Shown in pieces: positions 13,601-28,600 of a stretch of 64,000 nucleotides of DNA (positions are counted from its first letter, which is position 1; the number at the start of each line of letters is the position of its first letter). This stretch comes from Mobula hypostoma (taxonomy: Eukaryota). The stretch spans positions 45,944,001 through 46,008,000 of the forward strand of contig NC_086108.1 of the NCBI RefSeq assembly GCF_963921235.1. The letters are read 5' to 3'. The translations under genes and the position numbers were made by a program. Under the pieces are notes generated by a model, which worked only from the letters and a program-made list of their open reading frames with translations, ran no database searches and was not told the DNA's origin.

Positions 13601-16600
13601 TAAACCATGAATTATGTTGGAACTCTCAGCACAGAAGTAGATTATTCTACCAAATTGGTCCAAGCTGCTGGGGAGACCCCTGAAGAGTCTGTCAATATCC
13701 TCCTTCATTTTACCCTCTTATCATATCTCTAAAAAATAACCTCTACAAATATACTCCTTTTTCATATTTATCAAGATTTCCCTTTAAGTTTATCTCAATT
13801 ATTCAATGTGATATCAAGAACCATGTTCCTGCTTCTCCCTGGACAGAGGAGAGCCTGATCGCCTTATTAGTGACCGTCTGTAAAGGATTTCCTAACATGT
13901 TCTAACCTCACAATGGCATCTCATTTTCATATTTTAAACACCTCTAAAAAGTCATTCCAGCCTTCTCCTTGCTAATGAAAAATTGAGTTATTTGATTTTT
14001 TTGGTTCATTTCTAGAAGAGCCTAGAAAATAAAACTGAAATGGAGTCAATCAAATATTCAGATTATTACTTAACTTTAAGGTATTCATCATCATTAAGAA
14101 ACTTGAAAAACAAAGAATCTTGTTTATGAAGAAAAAAATCTAATCAGCTCATAGGAAATTAATGCAAATGATAAAGGGGATCTTATTCAGTTAAATTTCC
14201 TTAATGGAGGGAGATGACAACACAATCATTGTTTTTCGTAGACTCTTGCACTGCTCTGTTTAATGTCACCAATAGGCATTGGCTGAAAGTAGACATGATA
14301 TGAAAAATTTCATTCTCCTGTGACATGAAGGGCTTCTCCCATCCTGTCATTCTCCAGTTGTCGTCTCTTATCAGGTCGGAGTAACTGAACTGTGAATACA
14401 TTTTCCCATATATCATCCACAGATAAAAACGTTCAATCATGTGTGCTTATATCATTGTTAATTCCTCAACTGCCATTTATTATATCAAAAACTAACAGAC
14501 AATTCATTGGAATTATGTCCACGACTAAATTCTTTGATTCACATTATTACTTTTGATGTTATACCATAAAATATTAAGCAGTTGTCTTTTTTACTATTTA
14601 AAAGGGACACTGCTTTAATGAACAAGTGGCAAATGTATTTTCAAAACATTTAAATCATAATGTGTTGGTGACAGAAACTGCAGTAAAATGCAGATCATGT
14701 TATGCAAGATTGAGTCTTCAAAACGAAGACTCATTTATTGATTTTATTTCTCCTTCCTTCCCATCTCAGGAAAAACCTTGTTGCAAATTAAATTGCCCAT
14801 TAATTTCCAGAACTATAGTGCAACCATTATAAAGACATCTTACACACATCACAACACAGATCAAATACACAGACGAAACTTATTTAAAGGGGAAGGAAGT
14901 GCAGTGGATTAGCACTCTCTGAAGCAGATTATATTTGTGGGTATTCTCAATTTGAATTCCAAGTTGTTGCAAATTCATGACACAACAGATATGTCTGTTG
15001 ATAACAGTGTGTATCCTTTTCTCATCTTTGGAGATACAAGTGACTGCAGATGCTGGAATATGGAGCCAGATAAACACACTGCCAAAGGAAATTTGCATCT
15101 GTGGAGGCAAAGGACAGGTGATATTATTGGTCAACACCCTGCATCAGGACTGAGATTGTGAAGCGGAGAGCTGAGGCAGGAGATGTCAAGTAATAGGTGG
15201 ATCCAGGTGAGGTTGGACGGGTGGGATAAGGAGGGATGAAGATACTGACCAAGGTTGGACAGGTGGGATAGGGAGGGATGAAGATACTAACCAAGGTTGG
15301 ACAGGTGGGATGGGGAGGGATGAAGATGCTGACAGAGGTTGGACGGATGGGATAGGGAGGAATGGAGATGCTGACAGAGGTTGGACAGATGGGATAGGGA
15401 GGGGTGAAAATGCTGACAGAGGTTGGACAAATGGGATAGGTATGGATGAAGATATTGACAGAGGTTGGGCAGATGTGATTGGGAGGGATGAAGATACTGA
15501 CCGAGATTGGACAGGTGGGATGGGGAGGGATGAAGACGCTGACTGAGGTTCGACAGGTGGGATGGGGAGGGATGAAGATGCTGACAAAGGTTGGACAGAT
15601 GGGATAGGGAGGAATGGAGATGCTGACAGAGGTTGGACAGATGGGATAGGTATGGATGAAGATATTGACAGAGGTTGGGCAGATGTGATTGGGAGGGATG
15701 AAGATACTGACAGAGGTTGGACAGATGGTATAGGGGAGGGATGAAGATACTGACTGAGGTTGGACAGATGGGATAGGTATGGATGAAGATATTGACAGAG
15801 GTTGAGCAGATGTGATTGGGAGGGATGAAGATACTGACCAAGGTTGGGCAGGTGGGATGGGGAGGCATGAAGATGCTGACTGAGGTTGGGCAGATGGGAT
15901 AGGGAGGAATGCAGATGCTGACAGAGGTTGAGCAGATGTGATTGGGAGGGATGAAGATACTGATCGAGGTTGTACGGGTGGGATGGGGAGGGATGAAGAT
16001 ATTGACCGAGGTTCTATGGGTGGGATGGGGAGGGATGAAGATACTGACCGAGGTTGGAGAGGTGGGATGAGGAGGGATGAAGATGCTGACAGAGGTTGGA
16101 CAGATGGGATAGGGAGGAATGCAGATGCTGACAGAGGTTGAGCAGATGTGATTGGGAGGGATGAAGATACTGATCGAGGTTGTACGGGTGGGATGGGGAG
16201 GGATGAAGATATTGACCGAGGTTCTATGGGTGGGATGGGGAGGGATGAAGATACTGACCGAGGTTGGAGAGGTGGGATGAGGAGGGATGAAGATGCTGAC
16301 AGAGGTTGGACAGATGGGATAGGGAGGAATGCAGACGCTGACAGAGGTTGGACAGATGGGATAGGGAGGGGTGAAGATACTGACAGAGGTTGGACATGGG
16401 ATAGGGAGGGAATGAAGATACTGACAGAGGTTGGACAGATGGGATAGGGAGGAATGTAGATACTGACTGAATTTGGACAGATGGGATAGGGAGTGATAAA
16501 GATACTGACAGGTTGGACAGATGGGATAGGGATGGATGAAGATATTGACAGAGGTTGGGCAGATGTGATTGGGAGGGATGAAGATACTGACCGAGGTTGG

Positions 16601-19600
16601 ACAGATGGGATAGGGAGGGATGAAGATACTGACAGAGAGTGGACATGGGATAGGGAGGGAATGAAGATACTGACAGAGGTTGGACAGATGGGATAAGGAG
16701 GGATGAAGATACTGACCGAGCTTGGACAGGTGGGATGGGGTGAGTTGAAGATACTGACCGAGGTTGGACAGGTGGGATGGGGAGGAATGGAGATGCTGAC
16801 AGAGGTTGGACAGATGGGCTAGGGAGGGATGAAGATGCTGACAGACAGATGGGATAGGGAGGGATGAAGGTACTGACTGAGGTTGGGCAGATGGGATAGG
16901 GAGGGATGAAGATACTGACTGAGGTTGGACAGATGGGATAGGGAGGGATGAAGATACTGACTGAAGTTGGACAGATGGGATAGGTATGGATGAAGATACT
17001 GACCGAGGTTGGGCAGATGGGATAGGGAGGGATGAATATACTGACAGAGGTTGGACAGATGGGGTAGGGAGGGATGAAGATGCTGACAGAGGTTGGGAAG
17101 TGATACCTGGAGGTGACAATGGGCTGCAGATTATGGAATTTGATAAGAAAAGAAAGTGATGAGTGACATCAGATAAGAAAGGGTTGGTAGGCAGAAGACA
17201 CAGTAGGGAAGGTAATAGGGGATCAACTGGATGATAGTAGGAAATAATAGGTGATCAACTGGGCTGATAGTCAGATGGAAGCAGGTGTGAGAGTGGAAAG
17301 AAACTGCGTAACAGGGCTGGAAAGAATGGTTTGTGTAACAGGATGTGGGTCAGTCAGAATAGAGAAAGGAACAGATGGACTGTAAGTTACCTGAAATTGG
17401 AGAATTCATTGTCTATGCCATTTGGTGTGGACTACCATGGTGGAATAGGAGATGGTCACCTAGCACAGCATCCAATTGTAGTGGTTTTTTGATTAGGATT
17501 TTTATGTAGTTGACTGAGAACAATCTCAATGTTTTAGGCAGAAATGCTTCGTATTTCTTTACCCTGCAAATGCCATCTCATCTCCACATTCAATTTGCAG
17601 CAGCTCAGATCCCAAAATAATGGTTCTATTGACTAAATACTTAGGCAGCTGAAGTAAAAATAATGAGGCATTGAAATAACATCTTCTTACTTTCTTTACT
17701 TTGCAGTCTTTTTAAATAAATAAATTAATAAATTTATTACATCATTACATCAGAAATTAATACATCAGGAAGGGTCCTGATGAAGGGTCTCGGCCTGAAA
17801 CGTCAACTGTACCTCTTCCTAGAGATGCTGCCTGGCCTGCTGCATTCCCCAGCAACTTAGATGTGTGCTGGTTGGTAAGAACTCCCGTTCCATTCCCTAG
17901 TGTTTCTGGGACTGTTGCAACTGTTCTGATGACCACATCGTCTACATTGATGCTTCCTTAAATATGTCAGGGCTCTCAGCTGTATCCACTCAGTTACCTC
18001 TACTGTTACTCTCACCCCACTTCTCCCATGTAAATACTGAACCTTCTACCCCTCTAACCCCGATATTCAATAGATCCTATGCAATTTCCACTACACCTAT
18101 ATGTTGGCTCCCCAAACAAATCTTCCTCTCCTGTCCCCTACAGCATTCCTAAAGGTTCAACTACTCTAATGCTCTGATTCACTCTTCTGTCTCCAGCTGA
18201 GCCCTCTCCCCAGAGCATCTTTCCTATGCAATCTCACAAGAGTCAACATTGCCCTTTGCCTCTTCCTTTTCCACAGTCCAGGAAGACAAAAGGTCCTTCC
18301 AGGTGAAGAGGTCACCTACTTGTATTAATTCCAATCTGTTGTGCTGCATTTAGAATCAGGTTTAATATCACTGGTATATGTCGTGAAATTTGTTAGCTTT
18401 GTGGCAGTACAATGCAACACATAACAACAGAGAGAAAACTGTTCACACTGTTGTCCCCCCATAAAGAAGAAACCTCTGACAGATTTGGTGACCAGTGTGA
18501 AGAACACCCCTATTCAGTTGGCAAGAGCAACCTTGAGGTTCCAGTTGCCTGTCAGTTTCATTCTCTATAATGCTCCCACCCTGAGTTCTCTGTCATTGGC
18601 CTTTTCAGCTTAATGAAAGCCAACATTTTAGCCCCAGCGACAGCATCTCACCTTCTAACAAGGCACAATGCAGCCCTCAGGATTCAACACTGATAACAAT
18701 CTCAGATAACCAGATTACTCAGTTGTGTCACAATTTACTGGTTATTAATGAAAGGTCATCCTGTAATTTTATCTCAGATTTATAGTGTTTTGTGTCTCAC
18801 AGTTCCAGTTTTGCTTTTTCTCCTTAGCTTTTTCTCAGTCATTTCCCTCTATTTACATTTCCACCAGAGCAATCAGCTGTGATTACCCACTTTTATCAAC
18901 TCCTCTCTGATAACACTGACACCACTCTTACCATCTGTCTCTCGTGATCTCGAGTTTATTCTACACAGCTTGCTCTCTTCTTTCTCTGCAGTATTAAACC
19001 TGTTTATTTCCAATTCTTCTTGGTTCTGATGACAAGTCATCAACGACAGGTGCTAATTCTATTTCACTCTCCCCAGCTGCCTAATCTGCCAAGTATTTCC
19101 ATCATTTGCAGTTTATAATGTCTTGTTTACTTTGTGAAGATGCATTCAAATAGTACAGCAAAGTTCTGAATAACACAGACACATGGAGAAAATAACTCTC
19201 TGCTGGGACTTGCAGGGAAGATAACTCGGCTGGGACTTGCAGGGAAGATAACTCTCTGCTGGGACTTGCAGGGAAGATAACTCTCTGCTGGGACTTGCAG
19301 GGAAGATAAATCTCTGCTGGGACTTGCAGGGAAGATAAATCTCTGCTGGGACTTGCAGGGAAGATAGGTCAAACTCAAAATGACTTTACTATTTTATGGA
19401 AGAATTGAGAGGGCTTGACAAATTCTGTGAAAAGGAAAGAAAACATTAAGCAAAATGTGAAGACAAATTTCAGAGACCAACACGCTGTTCTAAAATGAAG
19501 AATCAGAAACAATCAGTAAATCAAAACATTTCTAAATCTTTCACATCCATTGCAATGTTTGTTACCAATTTGTGTGATCTCCATTAACATTTATTACTTT

Positions 19601-22600
19601 TCAAGAGTTTGTCTGAGTGATTTGCTTTCATTCCAGGCGATTTTAGTTTGCTGCTTTAAGTATTTTCCTGGTGTGAGCTCACACGGTAAACACAGACAGA
19701 ATGGTTTGCCATCGTAGCAGAGGGACATGGGTGTAAAGTAATGAAACTGCAGGTCACAGTTAGAAAAACATGGGATCCTGGGATTCTAAATAGAAGCATA
19801 GAGTACAAACAAATGGGTATAATAAATCTCAGGTACAGATATATAGAATATATTTTGTTTTCTTTCTTAACTCCTTCTCTTGTGAAGACACAGTGCCAAA
19901 GACTGTCACACCACGAAGCAGACCTCTCAGTAGCTGCCTTCATTGGTTACCTTGCATGTGTGGGGTTTAGACATTAATCAAAAAAGTTCTTACAAGCTTA
20001 AAAAGACATGCTAAACCAGCACTAGCAAATATTAGGGCAGTCAATTTCTATTCTGCAGACACAAGTTTTATAAACTATGCTGGTCCACCCAGTGGTAAAT
20101 TTTTAATGTTTTATGATTTTATTAGATCCCAATTGGATTATAATTTTAGCAACTACTAATATATTGAATGCAATAGATCTAATAACAGTGCCAGTTTAGC
20201 ACCATAATTAGCATATCCTTTTATTGAGTACAGATCTGAGAGACCATTTTCAGTTTTGCTTGAATCTCTGGTTTGTGAACAATGTCCTCTTTATGGTTCA
20301 TACTGTATGCTCTAATTAGCAATTATAATAAGACTTGTGCCAAGCCTTGACAAAGGATACCTTCAGCAGTGCACAGTCTTGTAACTAATGTACCTTAAGT
20401 TATATTTGAGGCTTTATGAAATTGACTTCTAGCCTCTACATGGAATAATTCTCTGGAATTAGCCTCCAGTAAAAGTTATTTATGTTTACTGCATTTGGAA
20501 GCTCACTCCTGAAGACAATGCTAAACAGATTACAACATTGTGTGAGTATATTATAAATGCCTCAAGATTTCGAGACAGGGAATGAATGTGTCCACACAAT
20601 TTTAAGTATATTTGGCAACACCACAGGGGTTGAAGTTCTTGACACTAATGGGGAATGGGATTAATTGTAGCACCCACTTTTCCATAAATTGCAGGTGGTA
20701 GTGGAGGAACTTTATGTGAAAACAAAGCAAGTTTCAAAATATCAGTGTATTAAAGTGTAATAAATATTATGTTGCATACAGAATAAGTAATCTGTCTAAA
20801 AGTCTACCACATACAGTCTGGTATCACAGCTGGCTAAAATGCAGTGTTTCCATAGAGTAATACAGCACAAAAACCGGCCTTTTGGCTCATCTAGTCCACA
20901 CCAACCAAGATTTGCATTTAAGCTTTGTCATTGTCCCATTGACAATGCTTGGTCCACATTCTTCTAAGCCTTTCCTATCCATGTAACTGTCCAAATGTTT
21001 TTAAAATGTTGTTATTGCTTACAAGGTCAAAGTTGGTCCTTGTTGTGAAATAACATTCCACTTTTTAAAAATGTTCTTAGCGTTACGAATACTGAGTGTT
21101 TAAGATTGGTTCATTAAATATCGCTTCTCCTCTTGTGAGTGGCCACTTCATTAAGTACAGCTGTACACCTGCTCATTAATGCAAATTTATAATTGGCTAA
21201 TTGTGTGGCAGCAACTCAATGCATAAAAGCATGCAGACATGGCCAAGACGTTCAGGTATTGTTCAGTTCAAATAAAATGTGGCCGTGGGATGATTGCTGG
21301 TGCCGGGCATAGTAATTTAAGTATCTCAGAGACCTCCTGGAATTTTCACACACAATAGTCTCGAGAGATTACAGAGAATGGTGTGAAAAGCAAGAAAAAA
21401 TCCGGTGAGCAGCAGTTCTGTGGGTGAAAACACCTCGTTGTGAGATTGGTCAGAGGAGAATGGCCAAAATGGTTCAAGCTGACAGGAAGGCGACAGTAAC
21501 TTAAATAACCATGCGTTACAATGGTGATGTGCAGAAGAGCATCTCTGAACACACAACACACAAATTTTGAAGTGGATGTGTGACAGCCGCAGAAGGCCAC
21601 ACTGGTTTCACTGGGTGTATCTAATAAGGTAGCCACTGGGTGTATATCCTAATGGATCCAGTCAGCATCCTCAGAGCTAAAGGAAGACCTGCGGTTAGAA
21701 ATGCTGAGACTGCAAGTTCTGCTTCTGAGACAGAGGGGACATTTGCTGTCAACTTTCAACAGCAGAGGAACTCAAAACGCACAGCAGAAACCTTATATAT
21801 TTTTGTACTGTTTTTGAAATGACAGAATTTCAAGCTTCAAGAGACCTTTCAGAACTCATGGAAATAAGCAATCTATTAAAACAGTTTTCTCCAGAGGTGG
21901 CAGAGTTGGATGATCTTTGATTTGGCAATCTGTTAAATTAATAAATTATGCTTAACATTATGTATTACATCATTAAGATAACATTAGCACTGTCCTAATC
22001 ATGGCTTGTATAAAAATTCAGTAAATCTTACCTGAGGGATTGAGGGTACGATCAAGGAAATCAAGAAGTATAAAACTATGATGTCCAACTTCATTAGGAA
22101 TCCAAGTAAGCTGAAAAATCAAGAGTCCTTCCATTAATATCCTAATTGTGCTAATTATCAGTAAGCTGCCTCCGTGAGAGTACTGCAGCAACTAGAAAAG
22201 AATAAGGTTAAACTGAGGAGCCAAAAAAGGTCACTTTGTCCCTTGCTGTCATGACTAGCATGTGATACAACAACTATGCAAATGTGGACATTCAAAGCAT
22301 TCGACCTCTATCAACTAATCCATAACTAACCTATGAGATTGGTGAGGAAGAGCACTACATGGTGAACCATAGGTCCAAGGTCATCTGTTCCTCCCACTCA
22401 TGCTGCAAGGGAGTTCTCCGGAATTGACCTGGTCTCTATTAATTAATGTAAATGAATTGGGGCTCTAGGGAGTTTGGAATCAAGTACGGGTCATTTCATA
22501 GAGCACCACATTTACCTGGTTGCCTAATTGAAGAAGTTCTAAGGCATGTACATGTCATGTCTCCAATTACTCATGCGCTGCATTAAAAATGTAACAAATT

Positions 22601-25600
22601 TGCATATAAATGGCTCTGGAGCCCCCTTGGGAGTCTGTCTCATAGATCGAGCTACCCACTGAATTCCTTGTTACACACTGAGGCCACTGCAGTCAGGCTA
22701 GACAGGGTGACATATAGAAGACAAATTGTTCTCCAGTGCAAAGGATACAAAAAACAGGAAACATTGCAGCACAGATCAGTGGAGTTGTGATAAATCCAAA
22801 AGGAAATGTCAAAAGTGAAAGCCAACAGAATGGGGTACATGGGTTTGTGGAATGGGCAATCACATAGTCCTACTTTAAAAATAGATTGACTTCCATGTGT
22901 ATATCAATAAGAATAACACAAAATAGATGTGGAGCGAACACTCATAGTGTCACTGTTTAAAACATAAAGAGTTCCAGTTTAAGACAGAGTTGAAGCTAAA
23001 TTTCATCCCCCAGAGAGTTGAGGACCATTGGAATTTTGTTTCTCAAAGGGCAGTGGATTGTTTTTTCAGTCAGAGACAGAAGGGGTGAAAGGTTGAGTGG
23101 GCAGGCAGAAATTCAGAGTTGAGGAGATAGTTAGATATACCATGATTCTATTGAAGTGCGGAGAGGCTTTCAGGAGTCAAGGAACAATTCTCTGCTCCAC
23201 GATTGTACACTAGATACGTACTTTTATATAAACAATGTTTGCAACACTCAAAATGTTTACCTGTTTGAACATCACCCTGTCTCTGTCCAAGTACTCTGGA
23301 ACCCTGATCTCAGTATTCCAGTGCCCCGTTTGTTTTAGCTGCTGTGCAGCATCAATGAACCTTCCATTGTAGTCTATTCCAATGACCTATGAAAGAAACA
23401 TTTTAAACAATCTATGTGAAGAATGGTGTTGCTGGGTACTCAGAATTGGACAGTTCATGATGAGGAAACATTCCTGGCTCACAGGCTTACTCATGTTGAA
23501 AGACTAGGATGGTCGGGGTTTCCAAAACCTGCAATCAAGTTGTATAAATGTTCTTTATAAACACATTTGGAAGTTTATCACATTACATGCACAAATATAA
23601 TTTTTCCCATTATTTCCTTCAGTTGTTCATCACAAAGTTCATCACGATGAGAGGCATTGATCGTGTGGATAGTCAGAGGCTTTTCCCCAGGGCTGAAATG
23701 GCTAACATGAGAGGTACTCGGAAGTAGGTACAGAGGATATGTCAGGGGTAAGTTTTTTTTACGCAGAGAGTGGTGAGTGCATGGAATGGGCTGCCGGCGA
23801 CGATGGTGGAGGCGGATACAATAGGGTCTTTTAAGAGACTCCTGGACATTACATGGAGCTTAGAAAAATAGAGGGCTATGGGTAACCTTAGGTAATTTCT
23901 AAGGTAAGCACATGTTTGGCACAGCTTTGTAGGCCGCAGGGCCTGTATTGTGCTGTAGGTTTTCTATGTTTCTACAATGGTCCAGCTTGAAGAATGAAGA
24001 AAATTGCTCCCCACCTACGAGAGTTGGCATTCATTGCTGAGAAGGGCTGTAGCTGAGAACAGTGGCAGTCCCGGATTCAGTCTCTGATCTACAAACAACC
24101 GGCTGCCCCTCATTGGCCGGTGTTTATCAGGCCATAGCGTAAGGGTTAATGATGGGGAAAAAGCTTTCTGTTCTGTGGAAAACTGCAATTTCATTGAACA
24201 CAAATCCCCACCTTCTAGAATAATTACTCGGGTTCAGATAACCACTAATAATGGGATGAGCCTCAGTAACTTCATCACAGGATTGAAATGGAAAGAAACA
24301 ATTTATTTGTAATTCCAATAAATAAAGTCAATTCAAACAGCACCTTATGAAGCAGCTGTGTCAACATGAACGACAAGAGCCCAGTTCCACTGCCCAGGAC
24401 AAGGCCTGTTGTCCCAAATAGCTGATGTTCCCTGATCACCTGCTTGCACACTCCAAACACCTGGCTGCAGTAACCACTTTCACTCAGGCCTCTGTATTCC
24501 AAATCCAACTGCTCCTGAGTAAACCAGACAAAATAGTAAGGTTTTCAGAACTTCCTAGACTAAAATTTCACAAATGTTCAGCAACAGCAGTATAACAGGC
24601 TCAGACCCCCCTCTGAGCCTTCCTTGGCATCAGGAATGAAGTATTAAACAAGGAATGAATATTATCACTGACCAAGATTCAGTGAAGCCTCAGACTGACG
24701 CCAAAATGGGCAGATTGTAAAAAGGATTAATTTATGATTGTGCTAAATCGTATCCTCCCTATGAATCACTGTTCTGGAAATATATCCACTGATCTTGGTT
24801 GGCTTCAAGAATCTTTGTTGAGAATTAATTTCAAAGGTCATAGTTATTCCTCCATGGACTGAAAAATCTCTACCTTTTCTTTTCTCCTAAACCCCATTTC
24901 TAATTTCGGCAAATGAGCTCATTGTAAGAAATGAAATGTGTTTGTGTGGTGAGCATGTGATTCCGCTGGCGTTAAGAACAGGCTTGTTGGGGGAAGCAGT
25001 ACTATGCTGGACATTACTAGCATTCTCTGCTGGATCATTACAGATGGCGATTTGCTCTACTTTGTGCCCAACAGCCCAATGACTCGCCTGCCCACGTGAT
25101 TATACATGAAGTGTAATTGTGAGATGAAATATGATCAGAGCAAAACCTGCACAAAATTTCTGGTTATGAGGCCTGAAAATATGATAAGAATTTGAAGAAA
25201 ACTGGTCCTGGAGTAAAACTCAAAAACTTTTAAATGATCTAAATAACATCTTCATGACTTGCTGGACTAAAATTTAGGGTTTGCAGGGCATTTACAACAC
25301 TGACCCTGTCAAGTGGTTGGCTTTACACAAGGATTTAAGTACAAAGTTAACAATAAGCATTTGAGAGCAAAAGAAGGTATGCTAAACCTTTTTTGCTTCT
25401 TGTTTATTAAAGTCAGAGTTGTTTGTTGCTGGTAACCCTCAGATCAGGTACCAGTGCAAGGGAGAGAGGAATGCCCAGTCCCACCCCAACCACAGCTCCT
25501 CCTACAGAAATGTGACACCCAATTGTCTCTCCGAGCGGGAATTAATTTAGCTGCAGTTCTATGCTAATCTGCATTAGGTGTTAAGTGTAGTAGCAAAACC

Positions 25601-28600
25601 ATTTCATAATTTAGTTAGCACATTAATGAAATATACTAAAACTATTTACTTTCTCTCATTTTTTCCATCTGGTTTTAAGGTAATGACAAAATAATTGCTG
25701 TTTCATGGTGACTAAACGGAGAATTAGCTCTCTACCAGCATTGACCCCAAGTGCTGTTGTATGTCTCCCTGATGATAATACACATGTGCTTACAGTCACA
25801 CCATCTCCAGCTCTTCAAAGACTGGACTGGAATTTATGTGAAGGAAGCTTGCGCTGATTCTGATACAACGGCCAAGTGGAAGATGCTGCTGTTGGGTTGT
25901 GTGATCTTCCTCACCCTTTCCAAGGCTGACAGTAGCACGCAGCTCTTTCTCGGGGTTCATTATTTCATGAAACTCCGAACCAAAACTAAAGGATTTCACT
26001 TGCCCAAAGAGTCGGAGGAAGAATGTTGTCTTTCCTTCACAAAGAAAACCCTACCACACTGATGAAAATGCTAACCGATGATGAGATTCTGAGTTCACTG
26101 ATTAGGGTTACGGCTCCTCGAACTCAAGTGAGTATGATACCACTGATTTTATCTGGGGCATCTGTAGGTGACAGTATGAATGGTCTTATACCCCAGGGCT
26201 AAGAACAGGAAAATGAGCCAAGTTCACGCGATTGCAGGCAATATATATAGTGAGTGAGAATGCAGCTGGGTCTCGGCCACACTCACCCCACTCCTTCTCC
26301 CATGAAATAATAGCCTGGCCACAGAGTGAAGCAATAGCTAATGTAGCTTGGTGTTTGATGGGGAGGGTGGATCTGATTATGTGGAGCTTTGCATGGGTGT
26401 GCCACACTTCAGTGAAAGGAATAAAAGAAAATTTGAGGTAAGAGCAGAATATTTTCGTGTCATTTTCTAGTGGTTCAATGAAAGGATTACAGTGAGCTTT
26501 GCCTGAAGCATTCCTTCAAAGGGAAAAAGAAACTTGGAATTCAAATACTATGGAATCAATATGCAAAACTTTTTGTTTCCCACTTGGGATTTAGTGTTAC
26601 AATTATATATGGTTGTTCTACATGGTGCCAAAAGACTTATTACTAACACTCTTAACATTAAACCAGTTCTGTTCAGGACTGTTTGAAGTGAGGGTATTTA
26701 ATTCATCTCACACAGAAAGCTTGTAAAAGATTTATCTTCAGAGCATCCAGCTATTTGAACTTGTATCAAATGACCTTGTGGACTGTTTTTCCTCATAAGC
26801 ATGCATGATTGACCTACCTGCACAGCAACATCTGTCTCGTAGTTCAATTGAGTGTTACTGCTGGGAACTGGTATCAGTTGTACCGTCTCCTTGGGGAGAG
26901 CGATGGAGTTATCTGCAGAAAACACAAGCTCCTTCAGTGGAAATCTTGTTACTGAGGAAAATGCCAAGTAATTGTAATTCAAAGCGTAAAGGATTCTTTT
27001 CTCTGCTAGCTACTTCTTATTTCATAAACTATTAGTACTACCTGTCAGAAATGCTAATCACATTGCTTAACATTTGCACAGTTAAAGGAACACTGAACCA
27101 TATCAGCAATATTTGAATAAAGTCTACAGTCAAAGGTGCAATGAGGGACGTGACAGTCTCAATTTATTGATGATCATTATCACCTGCTGAAGCAACTACC
27201 ACCAGAACAGACCATAATGTGATCATGTCATTACACTTCCCATTATCAAATGCAACTTCTTATACCTCTCAAATGATACATAAAGCCTTGATACGAATTG
27301 AAGTTAAATGATTGTGGCCAGACTGGTTCCAGTGATGCTCTGTTCAGTGACTTTCTTGTTGTGACTCAGGCACTTACATGAAAAAAAAATTTCTCTTGTT
27401 TTATGCAAGCAAAAATCATATATCTAATGATTTTTTGCCCTTGAAATTTCAGGTAACCAGGAGAGATGTTTTAATGGTCTTAATAGTTTCTGGATATCAA
27501 GACTCAACCTGAGCTGAAATTGTATTTGTTATGCTTTATACAAACATGATGCATTAGAATCATCAAGGGAAGCCGTGGGAAGTGCTTAGAGTGATGAGAG
27601 ACCTGACTTACTCTGGAGAAATTCAGTAGGTCAGATAGCATCTATGGAAAAGAATAAAGATCTTTTTGAGCCAAGTTCTTTCATTAGGAATGGTGAAGAG
27701 TTTTAGCCCAAAACATTGACATTTTATTCCTTTCCATAGATGTTCCCTGACCGGCTGAGCTCCTCCAGCATTTAATGTGTGCTACTTTGGATTTCCAGTA
27801 CCTGCAGAATCTCTTGTGCTTATGATTACTGTGTGCTTTTACCTGCCATCCTTGGAGCAAATCCTTCAACATTCACCACTGTGACTGGAGTCTGTAACCC
27901 ATGGCAGGTTCTGGCCAAGCGGAAGCCCAAGTGCTGGAAAAAATGCCTTCTAAAAGCAAATCTCGCAAATCTTGAAGCCTCATCACCTGTTGAAATCCAA
28001 GATCCACCCTATGAATACAGAAATAAAATTAGAGAGAATAATGGTACTATGATACGATAAATATTGCAGCATTCAAGGTTACCTCACAAAATCAGAAATC
28101 ACTAAAACAGTCATTGAAATATTTATGAAGTGTGGACACTTATAGTGGAGGAAAATACTGGAGGAACTCAGTGGACCAGGCAGCAACTGTGCAGGGAAAG
28201 AAACAGTTGTCATTTTGTGCTGAGGCTGTTCATCAGGACCGGAAAGGAAGAGTACAGAGTCGGAATAATAATATAGGGGGAGGGGGTCTTGGCCCAAAAT
28301 GTTGACTGCCCATTTCTCTCTATAGATGTTGCTGACTTCCTCCAACATTTTGTGTGGGTTGCTAAAGATTTCAAACCTGCACAGAATTTAAAGACAAGTT
28401 TATTTCTGTTCTTTTAATTACTCCATTGTATTTTTTGCCTGTGTTAAGGAAGGAACAAGTCTAATTTGTCATCAACTTGACAAACACAAAAAATGTAAGC
28501 ATGGGAAAAGGAAACATGACACTATTGAGAATGATTTTGTTGTTCTAGTGCTTGAGGTGAGATTGTGTGCAAAGAGCCTTTATGCACCAGGAAGAACTTG

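Noticed and set aside
14201..14440. 79-aa minus-strand ORF as an alternative last exon
   Set aside because: No similarity to the MTase fold, and its apparent acceptor phase does not match the phase-1 donor at 22032.
15287..17119. 610-aa Pro/Ser/His-rich ORF
   Set aside because: Translation of the 42-bp minisatellite; frames shift arbitrarily.
26059..26101. Box C/D snoRNA-like motifs (TGATGA...CTGA)
   Set aside because: Spacing too short, no terminal stem, and antisense to the host gene.
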